Shown: positions 60,901-64,000 of the stretch, one piece after another | Layout of the letters: the number at the start of each line of letters is the position of its first letter | Numbering within the stretch: position 1 is the stretch's first letter | NCBI RefSeq assembly: GCF_006345805.1 | Contig: NC_043002.1 | Location: forward strand, 8,866,001 to 8,930,000 | Reading direction: 5' to 3' | Length of the DNA: 64,000 nt | From: Octopus sinensis | Taxonomy: Eukaryota | The notes under the pieces: model-generated | The model's input: only the letters and a program-made list of their open reading frames with translations | Told to the model about the DNA's origin: nothing | Database searches by the model: none | Program-made: the position numbers and the translations under genes

Positions 60901-61973
60901 GAAACGAATGGCTGTTTATTAGAGATGTGATGGAGAGAGAATAGATGAAGATGCAAGGTTAAAGGATGATGGAAATGATAGTATATGACAGCTGGTAAGA
61001 AAGAAACTGTTCGGTTTAATGTCAGCTAATTGGTAAAATTAATTGTATAAGGAAGGAATTTCGACAGAATATAAATAAATAATGTCGGTCAAGATGTGTA
61101 TGAAGGGCAAATGGTGTGATTTAAGAAATTGGCAAACGTTTGCCGAATCGATGGAACCAGTTTATTCCTTGTATGTCAAGAGGGGGAATGATAAAAATAA
61201 ATAATGTCAGTCAACAAGGCGAGTATCGATCAGACTAGGGAAGAAAGCTCTGTATCTCCACATAGGTGTTATGCTATTTATATAAATATTTGTACCAGCT
61301 TCCAGAAATAGAAAAATAAACCATTTTTTAATGTCTTTCTTGTGACATTTTAATTAATCGGAACCATTTGTTATAAAAACCTACGTATATGTATATAAAG
61401 ATGGATAGACCATACTTTACAGCTAGTAATTAATTATATTAACCATTTGGCCATTAGACGTTAAAATAGAAAAGTTATACAGTATGATCAGTATAATAAA
61501 AATAAAAACTTTTTTTATTATGACTTGTACTCTGATCATATTAGCAACAATCAACCGGGATTGACATCTTCGATTAAAAAACCCCAGCATTGATGGTCTT
61601 TAACTTTAAAACGATAAGCCATCCATTTTCGCAATTAGCTTTGAACTTCATTAAAAATTAGGTAATTATTTTGATGTAGACGTTTTCTAAACGGTGTCAT
61701 TATACGTTTGCACAAACTTGGGAAAAAAGACGATGATTAGTTTTTACCATCTAAGGCAACAGAATGTTTATTTCTAACTTTTGATTTGTCAAAGAATTCC
61801 TGCGAAAATAGCAACAAGTTAAATTAAGATTAATAAACTTATAAAAAAACCCACAAGTGACCCCATCTCACATTCTGCCACATAATCAAAAGTAATTGTT
61901 AACAACAAACTTATTGAATATTAAAAGAAAAAAGAAATCTCTTCGTTATATATGTGTGATCAGTATTTGAATG

Positions 61974-62274
61974 GGTACTTCTAGCGAACAGTGGTCCCGG
62001 TGCGCGCATCCACGCTAGCTAGTCGTAAGTAGTCGATCCTACGACGACTACCTTGGAAAGTAAATAAAACACAAAATAAATAATTTTTTCTGCACAAAGT
62101 AAATAATTTTTGTTAAACAAAGTAAATAAAACACAAAAACACAAAGTAAATAATTTTTTAAATAAAGTAAATAACACAAAAACACAAAGTAAGGATCGAC
62201 TAGTCATGACTAGCTGGCGCGGATGCGCGAGTACGCGAGGGCGCGCACCGGGACCGCTGTTCTCAAGTAGTGCC
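61974..62274. mobile_element. MITE family B, short copy
   Basis: Same TIR as 4157-7438; 8-bp TSD tttgaatg / tttgaacg (one CpG-type difference); core of aaagtaaataa repeats. Confidence 0.85.
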
Positions 62275-63038
62275 TTTGAACGTATTTTATACTTCTTGCT
62301 ATTAAGTTTGTGGTACGGAATACATTTAAATTCTTATCACTTTTGGATCGCATCTCGTCATTCTGTTGACAGAGAAGTCAGCTGTGGTTAGACAAGATAT
62401 GGCGTTGAATATACAAATGTGAGAAAGTATTTCCTTTTTCTTAATATATCCATCATATATAGTGTTTTACTTTCCTTAGCAGCTGTATTGCTGATGGCAA
62501 AATATTATTGCTCGTCATAAATCGAGCCATAACCACAATAAACTATTGAACAAACATCTTTAGTATAAACACCATTTAGCAACCCAAGGCAATTTAACCG
62601 AGAAAAAGTCAATGCTAGGGAATAAAGTATTCAGGTTAAAAGATTTAGTTAGAAAAACTGGATCTGATTAAATTTCTTCTAACCATTTGAAGTATTTTAG
62701 GTTTTCACCTTTTATCTATTTTTATTTTTTTCAAATTTTCTATACTGTTGTAGTTATGTATGCTGATGAGACAAAATTGGCTTTTTTTTGGTTGTTTTTT
62801 TTTAGAAATTAATACATTACAACTATTTAAAGTTATGTAATTTCAGCCAATCAAAAACCGTCGTTGCCGTCATATCAGAAGTCGCAACTGTCGTTATGGC
62901 AATCGTGTTTTTTTTTTCCAATGTTTACCCATATGCCGATGACATGAGAATGAAAACATTACAGAACTTCTTGTTTTTTAAAGAATTTAATGAAAAAAAA
63001 AAAATTTTTTTTTCTCAAATTACGCTATACCTGCCTTT

Positions 63039-63449
63039 GGACCTTTTCGCTTTGACCGGCAATTTTTTAAAATAATTTCTGGCGGTGTTATATGAAATTG
63101 TCACCCATAATTATGACCCTAGTATCGAGCTATTGCATTTCAATCTGTTTTAGGGTTAGGGGTGGGGGGAAGGGTATCTTTTTTTTCTTCAGAAATGTAA
63201 GTAAACCCAATCTGTTTCTTAAACGAGGGACATATTCATACGGCACAGAATGTTTTCACCTCAATAGACGTCATTGATTGGTTGACATTGCAGAAATTGA
63301 AGAAAATATCTTACAAACTACAGAATTTTCTCAATAAAGCCAAGAGAAAAAGATGTTTTATAAACACATTCTACCAGTATACGAAGTTTAAAAGTGTTTA
63401 ATTACGTGGAAATTATTTAAAAAAACTGCCGGTCAAACCGAAAAGATCC
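63039..63449. mobile_element. MITE family A
   Basis: GGACCTTTTCGC / CCGAAAAGATCC ends; TSD not recognisable. Confidence 0.75.
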
Positions 63450-63517
63450 CGTATTTTTCGTACCTACAGTGCTATATAAACGAGTCTGCTGTAGAACGAT
63501 GAGTACCAGAGCAAAGT

Positions 63518-63690
63518 TTATTCCCCTTTCGCAAGGAAAGACCAAGTATTTTCTACTTGTTGAGTGTGGGTCCCGTCTTGCAAGTTGACAAACTCAATAC
63601 TGTGGTTTACCATTCCATGCTGAAATTGGTAGCCTGATATCTCTGGAATGTGTGAGTATGCTTGCTACAGGTCACAGAATTGACTGTTGC
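63518..63690 (-). pseudogene. Merlin/ISXO2-like DDE transposase remnant
   Basis: GATVNS-DL*QAYSHI...HGMVNHSIEFVNLQDGTHTQQVENTWSFLAK matches the SD.W.AY and VNHS..FV...G.HTQ.IE..W catalytic blocks. Confidence 0.8.
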
Positions 63691-64000
63691 ACCCACCAAT
63701 ACAAAAACAAAATTAAATTCTTCAGAGAAAGGGTGTTCCTTTCTAACCTTGTGCCTTTTCCCACTGACACAGATTCTTGGCTTTTTCTTTTATTTTCTAC
63801 AACAATATATGTTGCTATAACAATTTCATCTTCCAGCATGTTGGCAATAGAAGCTTCTTATTATTGTTGTTGTATTTAGGAATGGTCATTTTGTCAGTTT
63901 AGCCAATAAAAACACACACACTATATATTTGGTGTTAATTTGCTTCAGTGTTATTTATTTTTTACATTAATCTTAATCTTATTTCGTCACACTTCTGTGA

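Overview
AT-rich, repeat-dense eukaryotic genomic DNA. The repeat set (tRNA-derived SINEs, RTE LINEs with (GAT)n tails, abundant TA/TACA microsatellites) looks cephalopod, most likely Octopus; this is inferred from the repeats, not shown directly. One complete protein-coding gene can be assembled by hand: IAH1 (SGNH/GDSL esterase), minus strand, 6 coding exons from 60608 down to 35575, 244 aa, all introns GT-AG and phase-compatible, with a 17-kb first intron. Almost everything else is mobile DNA. This includes a young, nearly full-length Ty3/Gypsy (CsRn1-like) LTR element at 8005-13049 nested in a MITE; RTE, CR1/L2, Penelope-like, Dong/R4 and Tx1-like retroelement remnants; Tc1 and mariner remnants; three non-autonomous Helitrons; piggyBac-type MITEs; and GG-ended, 8-9-bp-TSD (Merlin-like) MITE families with a Merlin/ISXO2 transposase remnant. 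The most unusual structures are (i) a 3.3-kb TIR element enclosing a 2.6-kb near-perfect palindrome that carries the same retro-insertion in both arms, (ii) a minimal type I hammerhead ribozyme at 53801-53895, (iii) a C4HC3 PHD finger inside the RTE ORF2, and (iv) several sequence-unrelated fold-back duplications that each start at a (TA)n tract. All coordinates and identities were read by eye, so ends of decayed repeats are approximate.
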